Shown here: positions 40,315-51,796 of the stretch, piece after piece
Layout: every line of letters begins with the position of its first letter
Position numbering within the stretch: position 1 is the stretch's first letter
Origin: Granulosicoccaceae bacterium
GTDB lineage: Bacteria; Pseudomonadota; Gammaproteobacteria; Granulosicoccales; Granulosicoccaceae
Reading direction: 5' to 3'
Assembly (NCBI GenBank): GCA_036478595.1
Contig: JAZGEF010000003.1
Location: forward strand, 125,043-189,042
DNA length: 64,000 nucleotides
The notes under the pieces: generated by a model
What the model saw: the letters and a program-made list of their open reading frames with translations, nothing else
Told to the model about the DNA's origin: nothing
Databases searched by the model: none
Translations under genes and position numbers: made by a program

Positions 40315-41384
40315 TAGCGTGATACCGCCTGCAGTGCATCGGCCAAGTGTTCGCTTGCCTGTGGTTTGTACATACCAACTGCCGCAGCTGCCATAACATC
40401 GATTGCTGCACGATCATTGGCAAGCCTTTCAATTTGCTCGCTAAGCGATTGAGCATTGAGTTCGGTTTGTGGCAACAAGACAGCCGCCGATGCATCCGAC
40501 AAATAACGGGCATTATGCGTTTGGTGATCATCTATGGCATGTGGAAACGGCACCAACACGCTGGCAATTCCTACAGCGCTAATTTCGCTTACCGTCATTG
40601 CACCCGCTCGGCAAATGACCAAATCGGCCCAGCGATATGCGTCGCCAATGTCATCGATAAATGCATCAACACGCGCATCACCGGCATTATCGGTATAGCG
40701 TTGCTGTACCTGTGCTTGCTCAGTAACACCGGTTTGATGCCAGACTGTTGCGACACCATCACTAAGCAATGCCATCGCTGCCGGCACTGTTTCGTTTAGT
40801 ATTCTTGCGCCGCGACTGCCACCCACTACCAGCACCTTTAAAGAGGCATCAGTATCCGCTGTGCTACGTTGATCGACTACCTCGACGCTCTTACGCACCG
40901 GGTTACCCACGACAGTAGCTCGCTCATTTGAGAACGCACCGGGCATTGCAGCGAAAACGCGAGTGGCGAATCGGCTTAACATTCGGTTTGTGGTGCCGGC
41001 AATAGCATTTTGTTCGTGCAACACCAGCGGTTTGCGCATAAGTAGTGCCGCTAAACCCACTGGCCCCGATACAAAACCACCCATACCTAATACGGCACCG
41101 GGCTTAATGCCTTTTAGGATGCGTATGCTTTGCGCGCTGGCTTTTATAATTTTAAATGGGCTAAGTAGCAAGCCTAGCAATCCCTTACCACGTATGCCTT
41201 CTATGCTGATCCAGCGTATATCGAATTTGGCTTCCGGCACTAAGCGTGATTCCATTCCGTGACGCGTGCCAACCCATACCACGGGTACGGCACGATCGCG
41301 CAGCTCATTAGCAACAGCCAGCGCAGGAAATATATGCCCACCGGTGCCGCCCGCTGCAATCACAATCGGCTTATGTTGGTTCAT
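40314..41384 (-). CDS. murG: lipid II N-acetylglucosaminyltransferase
   Basis: [40 protein letters not shown]. Confidence 0.97.
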   Translation of the reverse strand: MNQHKPIVIAAGGTGGHIFPALAVANELRDRAVPVVWVGTRHGMESRLVPEAKFDIRWISIEGIRGKGLLGLLLSPFKIIKASAQSIRILKGIKPGAVLGMGGFVSGPVGLAALLMRKPLVLHEQNAIAGTTNRMLSRFATRVFAAMPGAFSNERATVVGNPVRKSVEVVDQRSTADTDASLKVLVVGGSRGARILNETVPAAMALLSDGVATVWHQTGVTEQAQVQQRYTDNAGDARVDAFIDDIGDAYRWADLVICRAGAMTVSEISAVGIASVLVPFPHAIDDHQTHNARYLSDASAAVLLPQTELNAQSLSEQIERLANDRAAIDVMAAAAVGMYKPQASEHLADALQAVSR

Positions 41385-42589
41385 TTAGAACTCCGCCGTG
41401 GCTTAAGGCGTTGAATAGCAAATGCTCGTGTCTCAGCTTCGACTCGAAGTAGCAATGCAAAGCTTGCGGCGAATACCAGCGCACTACTACCACCGTAACT
41501 CATGAACGGCAATGTAATACCCTTAGTAGGCAACATTCCCATGTTCACACCAATATTAATAAACGCTTGCAAACCGATCCAGCCACCAATGCCCATGGCG
41601 ATAAAACCAGCAAAGCGGTTGCCTTGCTCATCTGCTATTCGCGCAAGTCGAAAACTGCGCCAAACAATGTAAGAGTAAACACAGATCAGCACTAGCGCAC
41701 CGATCAAACCTAGCTCCTCACACAACACGGCGAACAGAAAATCGGTATGTGCTTCGGGCAAGTAAAAGAGTTTTTGTACACTACTACCCAAACCAACCCC
41801 ACTGATGCTGCCAGAACCAATCGCAATCAGCGATTGCGTTAACTGGAAACCGCTGTTGAATGGATCTGAGAACGGATCAAGGAAACTGGCAAAGCGACGC
41901 ATACGATACGGTGACACAACGATTAGCAAAGTGCCAAGCACGCTTAACACGCCGATAAGCGCTGCAAACTGAGTAAACCTAACACCAGCTACATAGAGCA
42001 TGAGCAAAGCAGTACAGATGATCACGACCGCTGCGCCAAAGTCAGGCTCTAACAACAACAGCACACTGGCTGCGCAAATTAAACCTAAGGGGCGTGCAAA
42101 ACCACCAAAGGTGGTTTGCACTAATTCGCCACGACGTACTAGATAACCTGCCAGGTAAACGATGATAAATAATTTGGCGGATTCTGACACTTGCACGGTG
42201 AACAAACCAAGATCAATCCAGCGACGACTACCATTCACCTCTTTACCAATGCCCGGTATCAAAACCAATAGCAAAAAGAACATCGACATGATAATCATGT
42301 GCGGGCCGTATTTTTCCCATACTGCCAATGGCAATTGGTACAAACCCAAACCCAAGCCCAAGCCCAAGATCAGAAAAAACAATTGTCGCTTGGCAAAATA
42401 GAACGGAGAACCATAATTTTGTGATGCGAACGCCATTGATGATGACGTGATCATGACCACGCCAAACAAAGCAAGCGCTAGAATAACCAACAGCAACGCG
42501 TGCCGACGCAGCAACAAGCTGCTATCAGGCTGCGTATTAACACGCGGTGCCAAGCGCCCGGATGCAATTCTTGAAATCATCTCACTCAT
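41381..42589 (-). CDS. ftsW: SEDS peptidoglycan polymerase FtsW
   Basis: NGSRRWI, QVSE..K, EPDFG, PEAHTDF, LPTKGITLPFMSYGGS; start moved to ATG 42589. Confidence 0.96.
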   Translation of the reverse strand: MSEMISRIASGRLAPRVNTQPDSSLLLRRHALLLVILALALFGVVMITSSSMAFASQNYGSPFYFAKRQLFFLILGLGLGLGLYQLPLAVWEKYGPHMIIMSMFFLLLVLIPGIGKEVNGSRRWIDLGLFTVQVSESAKLFIIVYLAGYLVRRGELVQTTFGGFARPLGLICAASVLLLLEPDFGAAVVIICTALLMLYVAGVRFTQFAALIGVLSVLGTLLIVVSPYRMRRFASFLDPFSDPFNSGFQLTQSLIAIGSGSISGVGLGSSVQKLFYLPEAHTDFLFAVLCEELGLIGALVLICVYSYIVWRSFRLARIADEQGNRFAGFIAMGIGGWIGLQAFINIGVNMGMLPTKGITLPFMSYGGSSALVFAASFALLLRVEAETRAFAIQRLKPRRSSK

Positions 42590-43932
42590 GCAGCCAACGC
42601 CTGCACGGCTTCGCAAAAGCGAATTCCGCGTTGTTCGAAGTTGTCAAACATATCGAAGCTTGCACAAGCTGGTGACATCAACACAGCATCACCCGCGACT
42701 GCAATTTCGCTGGCGGCAAGCACCGCATCATTCATTGAATCGCAAAACCGCACATCAGCTAGATCTTGTAAGGCCTCAGCCATTAACTGACGATCACGAC
42801 CAATCAATACCAACGCTTTGACGCACTTGGATACGGCGGGGCGCAGCGCTCGAAAATCAGCGCCCTTACCCAAACCACCCGCTATCAAGACAACAGGCCC
42901 CGGCATAGCCTCAATTGCTTTTTCACACGCATCGATGTTGGTACCTTTGGAATCGTTGTACCAAAGCACCTGATTAAGCTCGGCAACCAATTCAGTGCGG
43001 TGAGGCAAGCCTGCAAACGTATTGATACTGGCCTGTAGAATATTTTGATCAATATCAAGTGGTGCTAACAACGCCACAGTGGCAAGAGCATTAGCCCGAT
43101 TATGCCGCCCAGGCAATCGGGTTGAAGAAAGCACTAGCAGTTCTTTATCGCCCTTGCATACCCAACACTTGTTATCCCGATCAATGCATCGGTAGTCGCT
43201 AGCATTGTTAGTATCAACGGCAAAATACGTTTCTGAATTTGCCGAAAAACTGGCGGACACGGTGTCAGATATTGGCCAAGTTCGTGCATCATCACGATTA
43301 GCAATTACATGCTCGCAATTGTTATAGATATGACGCTTGACTTGCGCATAGTGCTCAAGCGAATCGTAGCGATCCATGTGGTCATCACTAATGTTAAGTA
43401 CAGAAGCCGCGAGAGGCGCAAGCGACTCTGTTGACTCCAGCTGGTAGGACGACAACTCAAGCACATAAACATCAGCAGCCAAATTAATGCTATCCAACGC
43501 GGGCTTTCCGATATTGCCGCACAGTACCGCATCAATTTGAGTTTGCGCAAGAATATGCGCCATCCAACTAACCACTGTGCTCTTACCGTTTGAGCCGGTA
43601 ACAGCAATAACAGGCTTATTCACAGCTGATGCAAATAATTCGATATCGCCAATGACTTTTACGCCATTAGCCAAGGCCGCAACTAAAGCCGGATGCGATC
43701 GAGGCACACCTGGGCTTAATACAATGACACCAACCGCTGTAAACGTCGCTGCATCAAACTGCGTATGCAGCTGAGCCTCACCCAAGGCATAAGTGTCCTT
43801 ACCTGGCTGCGCCTTTTCGTCAGCCACCGCAAAGGCAACATCATTAGCTTGTAAGTAACGCACAACCGACCAACCGGTCACACCGAGGCCAACCACTAAT
43901 ACTTTTTGCTTATGTAGCTGTTCAGATTTCAT
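42586..43932 (-). CDS. murD: UDP-MurNAc-L-Ala--D-glutamate ligase
   Basis: GLGVTG, TGSNGKST, LELSSYQL, NDSKGTN, SPACASFDMF; start moved to ATG 43932. Confidence 0.96.
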   Translation of the reverse strand: MKSEQLHKQKVLVVGLGVTGWSVVRYLQANDVAFAVADEKAQPGKDTYALGEAQLHTQFDAATFTAVGVIVLSPGVPRSHPALVAALANGVKVIGDIELFASAVNKPVIAVTGSNGKSTVVSWMAHILAQTQIDAVLCGNIGKPALDSINLAADVYVLELSSYQLESTESLAPLAASVLNISDDHMDRYDSLEHYAQVKRHIYNNCEHVIANRDDARTWPISDTVSASFSANSETYFAVDTNNASDYRCIDRDNKCWVCKGDKELLVLSSTRLPGRHNRANALATVALLAPLDIDQNILQASINTFAGLPHRTELVAELNQVLWYNDSKGTNIDACEKAIEAMPGPVVLIAGGLGKGADFRALRPAVSKCVKALVLIGRDRQLMAEALQDLADVRFCDSMNDAVLAASEIAVAGDAVLMSPACASFDMFDNFEQRGIRFCEAVQALAA

Positions 43933-45014
43933 CAGCGGATCTTCAAAGTTGACAAACCAATCAGCACCAACACAACAGTGATGATCCAAAACCGCACAAT
44001 TATGCGCGGCTCAGGCCAACCCTTGAGTTCGAAGTGATGATGAATCGGCGCCATCCGAAACACACGCTTGCCAGTAAGCTTAAATGATGCAACCTGCACT
44101 ATCACTGACACCGCTTCCATAACAAACACGCCACCCATAATAAAAAGCACGAGCTCTTGCCGCACCATGATGGCAACTGCGCCTAAGGCGGCACCGATAG
44201 ACAAGGCACCTACATCACCCATAAATACTTGCGCTGGATAGGTGTTAAACCACAAAAAACCCAAACCTGCCCCTGCCATAGCACTACAAAAAACAGTGAG
44301 CTCACCTGCGCCTTTTATATTTGGAATAAGGAGGTAATCAGCAAACACTGCGTGCCCTGCTAGGTAGGCAATTATTCCAAGCCCTGAAGCCACCATCACC
44401 GATGGCAAAATGGCCAATCCATCCAAACCATCTGTTAAGTTAACAGCGTTGCTGCTACCCACAATGACTAAAAATGCGAAAGGAACAAACATCCAACCCA
44501 GTGGAATTGCTACGTTTTTGAAAAATGGAACAATCAATTCAAGTTCGGACCGATCGGCAGTTGTTGCATAAAACGCAATCACCGCCAGGCCCGCAATCAG
44601 AGTTTGAGATATCAATTTTTCGCGCGCTGTTAAGCCAACCGAATTTGACAAGATAACTTTACGGTAGTCGTCAACCCAACCTACTGCAGCAAAACCAATG
44701 GTAACAAACAGGACAAACCAAACTTGCTTGGTTGAAAGATCCGCCCATAACAAGGTACTGAACACAACAGACATGATGATCATCGCGCCGCCCATCGTAG
44801 GCGTACCCGCTTTAACCAGATGCGATTGCGGGCCATCATCACGCACTGATTGACCAATATTGGCACTGGTTAACCAATTAATAAGTACTGGGCCTAATAC
44901 CAAGCTGATCAGCAAGGCAGTAAGGGCCGAAAAAATAACCCGCACAGTGATGTATTGCAGCACGCCAAAACCACTATTAGCTTCGGTTAACCAGTCGCCT
45001 AGCAGGATTATCAT
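43932..45014 (-). CDS. mraY: phospho-MurNAc-pentapeptide transferase
   Basis: [36 protein letters not shown]. Confidence 0.97.
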   Translation of the reverse strand: MIILLGDWLTEANSGFGVLQYITVRVIFSALTALLISLVLGPVLINWLTSANIGQSVRDDGPQSHLVKAGTPTMGGAMIIMSVVFSTLLWADLSTKQVWFVLFVTIGFAAVGWVDDYRKVILSNSVGLTAREKLISQTLIAGLAVIAFYATTADRSELELIVPFFKNVAIPLGWMFVPFAFLVIVGSSNAVNLTDGLDGLAILPSVMVASGLGIIAYLAGHAVFADYLLIPNIKGAGELTVFCSAMAGAGLGFLWFNTYPAQVFMGDVGALSIGAALGAVAIMVRQELVLFIMGGVFVMEAVSVIVQVASFKLTGKRVFRMAPIHHHFELKGWPEPRIIVRFWIITVVLVLIGLSTLKIR

Positions 45015-46387
45015 ATGACAACCCCTGGAACCACGTCATTAACCCGTGTGTTCAACACCGGTGGCTCATTTGCCAGCAAGGCATCAACAAGGCGATCCAT
45101 GCGCGCGCCTCTCGAACCTTTCAATAACACCGAAGTTTTTACATCCAGTTCAGGCAATAAATTTTCAAGCAAATCTTCTTGCGACGCAAAATGTCGGCCG
45201 CAGCTACTAGCCGAAGACGCATGCTGCGCCAAACTACCGACTGTCCATACTGCATCAATTTTTTTTCGTTTAGCATACAAACCAACGCTTTTGTGCAGTT
45301 GCACGGATTCATCACCTAGTTCTAGCATGTCTCCTAGAATCAAAATCCGCTTACCTTCTATATTTGCTAACACATCAATCCCTGCTCGAACTGATGCAGG
45401 ATTTGCATTGTAGGAATCATCAATTAGAGTACTGCCCGCGGCACCCGGCTTTTGCTCAAGACGTCGTGCGACTGGCCTAACAGAGGCAAGCCCTGCTTGA
45501 ATAGTGTCAGATTGTGCATCCAGACATTGAACCGCTGCTATTGCAGCAAGTGCATTGACGCGATTGTGATCGCCTAGTAGTGAAAATGAAATATCGAACG
45601 CATCGCCAACGCCTTCCACTCTAAAACCATCACCTCGGCCTGCGTGTACATCGGCGTCTTCGCTTTTACCGAATGTGCAAATGCGGAATTCAGATGCTGC
45701 AGTTTCAAGAATATCGGCGCGAACATCATCCGCATAAAGCACTGCCCAGCCATCATCTTCTAGGCCTGAAAATATTTCACTTTTTGCCTTGGCTATTTCT
45801 AGCAAACTGCCAAAGCCTTCTAAATGAGCCGCTTCAGTATTGGTGATGACCGCAACATCAGGTGACGCCAATCGGCTTAGTACTTTAATTTCGCCCGGGT
45901 GGTTAGCACCCATCTCGATAACCGCATATTGATGCGCTTGACGCAGCTTTAGTAAGGTTAATGGCACACCAATTTCGTTGTTTAGGTTGCCCTCTGTTGC
46001 CAACACAGGCCCCAGCTGCCGTAAGATTGCCGCAATGAGCTCCTTGACTGTCGTTTTGCCATTACTGCCCGTTATCGCAATTGTTGGCACTTGATGGCCC
46101 CGAGCCCATAAGCTTGATAGTTGCTGAAGTGCAAGTAGCGTATTTGCCACTTGCAGGCAAGGCTTGTTAGTATTCACAGGCTTGTTAACAACAAATCCAG
46201 CGGCTCCGAGCTCTGCGGCTTGCTCAATGTAATCATGGCCATCGAAATTCTCGCCCTGCAGAGCGATATAAATATCCCCTGAGTTTAGCGTTCGAGTATC
46301 GGTACTAAAACTATTGAGTTGCAAGTCATCGCCGCTTAACTGTGCATTCAACGGTTCAATGCAATCTGAAAACATTAAACGAAACAT
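45011..46387 (-). CDS. murF: UDP-MurNAc-tripeptide--D-Ala-D-Ala ligase
   Basis: [43 protein letters not shown]. Confidence 0.95.
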   Translation of the reverse strand: MFRLMFSDCIEPLNAQLSGDDLQLNSFSTDTRTLNSGDIYIALQGENFDGHDYIEQAAELGAAGFVVNKPVNTNKPCLQVANTLLALQQLSSLWARGHQVPTIAITGSNGKTTVKELIAAILRQLGPVLATEGNLNNEIGVPLTLLKLRQAHQYAVIEMGANHPGEIKVLSRLASPDVAVITNTEAAHLEGFGSLLEIAKAKSEIFSGLEDDGWAVLYADDVRADILETAASEFRICTFGKSEDADVHAGRGDGFRVEGVGDAFDISFSLLGDHNRVNALAAIAAVQCLDAQSDTIQAGLASVRPVARRLEQKPGAAGSTLIDDSYNANPASVRAGIDVLANIEGKRILILGDMLELGDESVQLHKSVGLYAKRKKIDAVWTVGSLAQHASSASSCGRHFASQEDLLENLLPELDVKTSVLLKGSRGARMDRLVDALLANEPPVLNTRVNDVVPGVVI

Positions 46388-47892
46388 CAGCACGCCTCCT
46401 GCAACAGCGCATCAACAACTAATCGATCACTGAACGGCAAACGCTTTCCATTGTTAATCTGATAATCCTCATGGCCTTTCCCTGCGATTAATACCACATC
46501 GTTTTCAGCAGCTGTCGTAATCGCATAAGCGATAGCCTCACGTCGATCAGCAATAACAATCGCGGCTTGTGGGTTTTGCATGCCACTTAATATGGCGTCA
46601 ATGATTGATTGCGACGACTCCCAACGCGGATTGTCATCGGTGACAATCACATGGTTCGCAGCTTCTGCAGCTCGCCCCATTGGTAACCGTTTACCTTTGT
46701 CTCTATCACCACCACAACCAAACACTACCCACAACACACCATCGGCGTGATCGCGCAGGGCTGCGATAGCTGATTGGAGCGCTTGCGGTGTATGGGCAAA
46801 GTCAACTACCACTGTTGGCCGGCCCTTAGCACTGAATTGTTCCATTCTGCCAGGCACCGCTTGCAACGCACCCAAGGCATTGGCCGAATCATTAGCTGCA
46901 TGGCCCAAGGCCAGAAGCACTCCATGGCAGGCCAATAAGTTTTCGACATTAAAGCGTCCAAATAATCCACTCGTTACAGTGTGTGACTGGCTTTCATCAA
47001 CAAGATCAAATTGAATACCCGCCGCCGTTAACTGAATATCGCGCCCCTCAATTAACGCATGCGTGTTGTCACTGCCAGCACTGCTTGCAGACTTGCTGGT
47101 AAAGGCATAACCAGGAATTGTTGACTCGGCTAATAATTCAGCGCCTAGCTCATCGTGCCGATTAACAACAATTGCACGTAAACTGGGCCAACTAAACAAC
47201 TGCGCCTTGGCAGCTTTGTAGTGCTCTAGTGTTTGGTGGTAATCAAGATGATCGCGGCCGATGTTGGTCAGTACCGCAACGTCAATAGCGACATCATCCA
47301 GACGCCCTTCTGAAATACCGTGCGACGAAGCTTCAAGCGCCACCGTGGCCGCACCCTGTGCCCGAAGTTCTGCAAGCATGCGCTGCAAACTAACTGCGTC
47401 TGGTGTCGTGAGTGCCGTAGAGGCAAGTTCATCAACACCCCAGCCAAGCGTGCCGATATATCCACAGCTATGCCCAAGTTGGCGCAATGCTGTGGCTATA
47501 AATAGACAAACCGAGGTTTTACCATCCGTGCCCGTTACTGCAACAACATTTAAATGCTGGCTTGGCCGGCCATAAAAATCAGCGGCAATTTCACCAACGC
47601 GATTTTTTAACTGCGGTACTTTACCAACAACAATGCCTGCTACACGTAACTGCTGTAGCGCTGCGTCGAAGCTATCATCTAGGTGCTCATCAATAAGTAC
47701 GGCCGCCGCTTGGCTGTTAATTACTTGCTCAACAAATGCCAAACCATGAGTCGTAGCCCCGGCTACCGCCAGATAAAGATCACCCGCACCCAGCAAACGA
47801 CTATCCAATGCCACGCCAGAAACCATGACATCAGGCATATCTGCGATGTCGCTCATCAAGTTAGCGAGTGACTGCGACCGGCGAATCGTCAT
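46387..47892 (-). CDS. murE: UDP-MurNAc-dipeptide--meso-DAP ligase
   Basis: TGTDGKTS, LTTPD, EASSHG, DFAHTP, FGCGGDRD, DNPR, AGKGHE. Confidence 0.96.
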   Translation of the reverse strand: MTIRRSQSLANLMSDIADMPDVMVSGVALDSRLLGAGDLYLAVAGATTHGLAFVEQVINSQAAAVLIDEHLDDSFDAALQQLRVAGIVVGKVPQLKNRVGEIAADFYGRPSQHLNVVAVTGTDGKTSVCLFIATALRQLGHSCGYIGTLGWGVDELASTALTTPDAVSLQRMLAELRAQGAATVALEASSHGISEGRLDDVAIDVAVLTNIGRDHLDYHQTLEHYKAAKAQLFSWPSLRAIVVNRHDELGAELLAESTIPGYAFTSKSASSAGSDNTHALIEGRDIQLTAAGIQFDLVDESQSHTVTSGLFGRFNVENLLACHGVLLALGHAANDSANALGALQAVPGRMEQFSAKGRPTVVVDFAHTPQALQSAIAALRDHADGVLWVVFGCGGDRDKGKRLPMGRAAEAANHVIVTDDNPRWESSQSIIDAILSGMQNPQAAIVIADRREAIAYAITTAAENDVVLIAGKGHEDYQINNGKRLPFSDRLVVDALLQEAC

Positions 47893-49610
47893 GAACGATC
47901 ACCTTGCTGATTCAATAGTTGAGCACGGTGGTCATCGATATCATCAGGCTCTACACCTTGTAGCCGCAAAGCATGCGACATGACATTAGCAAACACGGGG
48001 GCTGCTACTACGCTACCAAAATGCTGTCCGGCTTTTGGATCATGTACCACAACCACAACGGCAATCTCTGGTCGCGACGCAGGAGCAAAGCCTGCGAACA
48101 CTGACACATATCGATCTTCTGCATAACCGCCACTTTGTGACCTGTGTGATGTGCCCGTTTTACCCGCAATACGATAGCCTGGCACCTTAGCTCGAGTGCC
48201 CGTGCCATCAGTCACCACCGCTTCAAGCATGCTGCTAACTTCGCTAGCAATCTCTTTATCAACAACACGACGCCCAGCCGGGTTTTCAGGCTGCGCAATA
48301 AACGAAACCGTAGGCATGACCCCGCCATTGGCCAATGCAGCATAGGCGCGTACCAGCTGCAAGGCGGACACCGATATGCCATAACCGTAGGACACACTGG
48401 CTTGCTCTATGTGATGCCATAACGTGGGGTGATTAAAATAACCCGCAACCTCACCCGGAAATTCACTACCCGGTGGGCGACCAAAACCAAAGGCATCAAA
48501 CACGGACCACATCTGCTCCGGGTCGAGTTGAGTAGCCACCTTGCTAATACCCACGTTGCTTGACTTGCGTACGATGCCACGTAGATCCAACCAGCCATTG
48601 TCACGCGAATCGCTAATCTTGTATTTGCCAATTTCATAATGCCCTGGCGACGTAAATACAATGTCATCGGGTTTAAAGTCACCCGAGTCGAGTGCAGCGG
48701 CTATCGTAAAAGGCTTCATGGTTGAGCCAGGCTCAAAAACATCTGTGATCGAGCGATTGCGTTGACGGCCACCGGCTCGATCTTTCAGGTCGTTCGGGTT
48801 GTAACTTGGGTAATTAGCCATTGCCAGCACTTCACCGGTTTTGACATCCATTACCACAACTGAACCAGATTCCGCCTGTTGCTTGGCAACAGCATCGCGC
48901 AATACACTGTTGGTAAAGTATTGCAGCTGCTTGTCAATGGAGAGCCTTAGCTCTTTACCCGGGACCGCGGCTTCAACGATATCCATGCTGGCGATTTCGC
49001 GACCATTCAAATCTCGAATGACGCGACGCAAACCAGGCTGACCTTTCAGCCAATCGTTATAGGCAAGCTCTAAACCCTCACGACCCACGTCATCAATATC
49101 AGTAAAACCGACAACATGCGATGCGGCCTGACCACTTGGATAATAACGACGAAACTCTCGTTGAGTTGATAGCTCAGAGACGCGTAAGTCCATCACCTTG
49201 GTCGCAACATCGGGTGTGACATGACGCTTAATGTAAACAAACTCCTTGCCGCGCGATGCCGCTGTATCGATACGCTTTTGCAATCTGGCGGGATCAAGCC
49301 CTAGTAAGGATGCTACCTCACGCATCGCCGCTGGCTGCTTGATCAGCGAGCGCGGGTCACCCCAAACACTCTGAATAGGGGTGCTAACCGCGAGCGCCTC
49401 ACCGTGACGGTCTAGCAAGTTGCCGCGATTTGCAGGAATCGACACGACCCGCTGCTGGCGCATATCACCTTCACCACGATAAAATTCATGGTCAAACACT
49501 TGCAGGTACACAGCACGTACAACCAAGCACGACGCCATAACAAAAAACAACACCAGCACTTCGCGTCTGCGGCGAGTCCAATTTTTACGAAGCTTTTTAG
49601 TGCGAGCCAT
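47889..49610 (-). CDS. ftsI: peptidoglycan transpeptidase FtsI (PBP3)
   Basis: EPGSTMK (SxxK), SSN, KTGT; RRYYP..G. Confidence 0.96.
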   Translation of the reverse strand: MARTKKLRKNWTRRRREVLVLFFVMASCLVVRAVYLQVFDHEFYRGEGDMRQQRVVSIPANRGNLLDRHGEALAVSTPIQSVWGDPRSLIKQPAAMREVASLLGLDPARLQKRIDTAASRGKEFVYIKRHVTPDVATKVMDLRVSELSTQREFRRYYPSGQAASHVVGFTDIDDVGREGLELAYNDWLKGQPGLRRVIRDLNGREIASMDIVEAAVPGKELRLSIDKQLQYFTNSVLRDAVAKQQAESGSVVVMDVKTGEVLAMANYPSYNPNDLKDRAGGRQRNRSITDVFEPGSTMKPFTIAAALDSGDFKPDDIVFTSPGHYEIGKYKISDSRDNGWLDLRGIVRKSSNVGISKVATQLDPEQMWSVFDAFGFGRPPGSEFPGEVAGYFNHPTLWHHIEQASVSYGYGISVSALQLVRAYAALANGGVMPTVSFIAQPENPAGRRVVDKEIASEVSSMLEAVVTDGTGTRAKVPGYRIAGKTGTSHRSQSGGYAEDRYVSVFAGFAPASRPEIAVVVVVHDPKAGQHFGSVVAAPVFANVMSHALRLQGVEPDDIDDHRAQLLNQQGDRS

Positions 49611-49894
49611 CAGTTAGCGTTCTCAACATGTCGCACTAATATTTTAGAATCATCGAGACCTGGCAGCACCATGCCCAGGCGATCACGTGCTGTTCGTTCC
49701 ACCAAACCATGCTCGGAAAATGTACCCTCTTCAATTTGTAACTGACTCCACTGCACATCCAGCTCATCTATTTGATATTGATTTCTGCTGATGTCAGTAG
49801 TGGCACGACGACTCAGGTGTTTGCTGTAAACCACGGCGACTGCAGTACAAAAATTTGCGGCGGCTAGGGCTGCAACTATCACCAAGGTCTTCAT
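49610..49894 (-). CDS. ftsL: cell division protein FtsL
   Basis: TM plus coiled coil, LQIEE, A...LGM..P; between rsmH and ftsI. Confidence 0.9.
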   Translation of the reverse strand: MKTLVIVAALAAANFCTAVAVVYSKHLSRRATTDISRNQYQIDELDVQWSQLQIEEGTFSEHGLVERTARDRLGMVLPGLDDSKILVRHVENAN

Positions 49895-50817
49895 GCAACT
49901 CGCTCCGCGACTCGCATAATGGCGCTACGTGCACGAGGATTAACGCCGAGCTCTTGCTCACTCGCTTTGACAGGTTTTCCAATCAAGCGCCATGGATGCT
50001 CAGCCGTGGGAGGTTGCGGCAAATGGCGTGGTATTGATGGATCAGGCGGTGGCTTCCGAAGCGCACGTTTAACAATACGATCTTCAAGCGAATGAAAACT
50101 TATGACTGCCAAACGCCCACCAGGCTTAAGCGCAGTGGTGGCATGTGCAAGCACACGCTGCAAAGCACCCAGCTCGTCATTAATAAAAATACGAATAGCC
50201 TGAAACGAACGTGTAGCGGGATGGTGATGGCGCTCCCAACGAGGGTGCGCAACCTTCACTATTTCAGCTAACTGAGATGTGCCTGTGATTGGCGCAAGCG
50301 TACGTTGCTCAACAATAGCCCTCGCTATTCGCTTTGCATAACGCTCTTCGCCAAAAGTTTTTAATACATCGATCAAGTCGTTCTCACTTACCCCAGACAA
50401 CCATTCAGCTGCCGATTGCCCGCTATGCGGATCCATGCGCATATCAAGCGCACCATCTCTCGAAAATCCGAACCCACGTTCTGCTACATCAAGTTGAGGT
50501 GAAGACACCCCGACATCAAGCAACAAACCATCTAAGGTTCCAAGCCATTTCCTTGAAGCCAGCACCGTATCGAGCTGATCAAAATTGGCCTTAACGATTT
50601 CAAACCGCGATTCATCATTAAATTGTTGTTGTGCGTTGATGATCGCTTCTGGATCTCTGTCCAGTGCTAATACCTGCCCTTCGGCTCCTAACTTCGACAG
50701 CAGTAATTTGCTGTGGCCACCCCGACCATAGGTGGCGTCTACATATCGCCCTGCAGGCTTAATCTGCAACGCTTCAATCGCCTCCTGGTGCAACACCGGC
50801 ACATGTGCCGAGCCCAT
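49891..50817 (-). CDS. rsmH: 16S rRNA m4C1402 methyltransferase RsmH
   Basis: HVPVL, DATYGRGGHS, GVSSPQLD, SFHSLEDR, NPRARSA. Confidence 0.96.
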   Translation of the reverse strand: MGSAHVPVLHQEAIEALQIKPAGRYVDATYGRGGHSKLLLSKLGAEGQVLALDRDPEAIINAQQQFNDESRFEIVKANFDQLDTVLASRKWLGTLDGLLLDVGVSSPQLDVAERGFGFSRDGALDMRMDPHSGQSAAEWLSGVSENDLIDVLKTFGEERYAKRIARAIVEQRTLAPITGTSQLAEIVKVAHPRWERHHHPATRSFQAIRIFINDELGALQRVLAHATTALKPGGRLAVISFHSLEDRIVKRALRKPPPDPSIPRHLPQPPTAEHPWRLIGKPVKASEQELGVNPRARSAIMRVAERVA

Positions 50818-51275
50818 CAAAGTGACAATTGTTGGATTGCTTCAGCCACCTCTGACTGGTCTTGATCATTAATAAGATCAGGCCACTCGTTCGATGCTTC
50901 AGCAAAACCACTTTCGCTCCATAACTCGCATTTCTTGCCTTGGCCGATCAATACAGCCTTGCGATCAATGCCAGCGTACTCGCGCAATTCCGCCGGCAAC
51001 AGGATGCGGCCATTACTATCGAATTCAGTTTCCGTTGCGTAACCGACGTACAATCGTTGTATCGCACGGCTGTGAGGATTCGTATTCGGCAAACTCATTA
51101 ACTTGGTTTCAATCGCTCGCCAGTCCGGCATCGGGTAAATCAATAAACAACGCGAAGGGTCAGCCGTCACCATCAATTCGGTGATCCCATCGGCCATCAG
51201 CCGATCTCGATGATGTTTGGGTACGGCAAGCCGGCCTTTAGCATCAACGCTGAGTTTGGAAATTCCCCTAAACAT
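50817..51275 (-). CDS. mraZ: transcriptional regulator MraZ
   Basis: MFRG....VDAKGRLAVP, DSNGRILLP, LWSE. Confidence 0.95.
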   Translation of the reverse strand: MFRGISKLSVDAKGRLAVPKHHRDRLMADGITELMVTADPSRCLLIYPMPDWRAIETKLMSLPNTNPHSRAIQRLYVGYATETEFDSNGRILLPAELREYAGIDRKAVLIGQGKKCELWSESGFAEASNEWPDLINDQDQSEVAEAIQQLSL

Positions 51276-51293
51276 CGGTTTTTAGCGTTTGAC

Positions 51294-51338
51294 GCCTCAA
51301 TTACCCACAATTCGACACGAATCATCACCAAGCGCCAC
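51294..51338 (-). promoter_or_regulatory. putative MraZ operator, 10-bp periodic GTG boxes
   Basis: minus strand GTGGC-N5-GTGAT-N5-GTGTC-N5-GTGGG-N5-GAGGC between the -10 box and the mraZ start. Confidence 0.65.
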
Positions 51339-51365
51339 TATACGGACACCTAGGCTCTCGGTCAA
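51337..51365 (-). promoter_or_regulatory. sigma70 promoter of the dcw cluster
   Basis: TTGACC-N17-TATAGT on the minus strand. Confidence 0.75.
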
Positions 51366-51438
51366 TAAAAATGCGGCCTGTGTCACGGAATTTTTCGTTC
51401 AAACACAACGACTTACAGGAGTACCGAGAGCCCACTGT

Positions 51439-51451
51439 AATCAAAGACTTA
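51439..51451 (+). promoter_or_regulatory. IHF-consensus site
   Basis: AATCAAAGACTTA matches WATCAA-N4-TTR; a partial second site CAACGACTTA at 51406-51415. Confidence 0.45.
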
Positions 51452-51796
51452 ACCAGCTTTGATAGAATTTACATGAACTAGAGTTGAGCATTTGATGGTT
51501 TTTTACTCAAACTGGGAATTTACGTTGCTGATATTTTGCAATCATCGCCCCCACTTAAGCTACTTCACCCCCGGCGGATGGAGCCCCGCTGGATGCGCGC
51601 GCAGTCAAGCCAGCAGATGCTGCGTGATGAGAGATTCGGGCCGCAGGTCTCTCGAAAGTGATCAACACCGTAGGCAACACCACCATGAGCATTAGCGTTG
51701 ATTAGCGCGATCGGTGGATAACCCTATATACGCTGTTTACCTAGACGGATTAGCCAACTATCTTCCAATGACTTAAGTTAACTCGAATGGATGCAC

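Noticed and set aside
51555-51692. 45-aa minus-strand ORF (MLMVVLPTVL...) upstream of mraZ
   Set aside because: No RBS, no motif and low-complexity composition.
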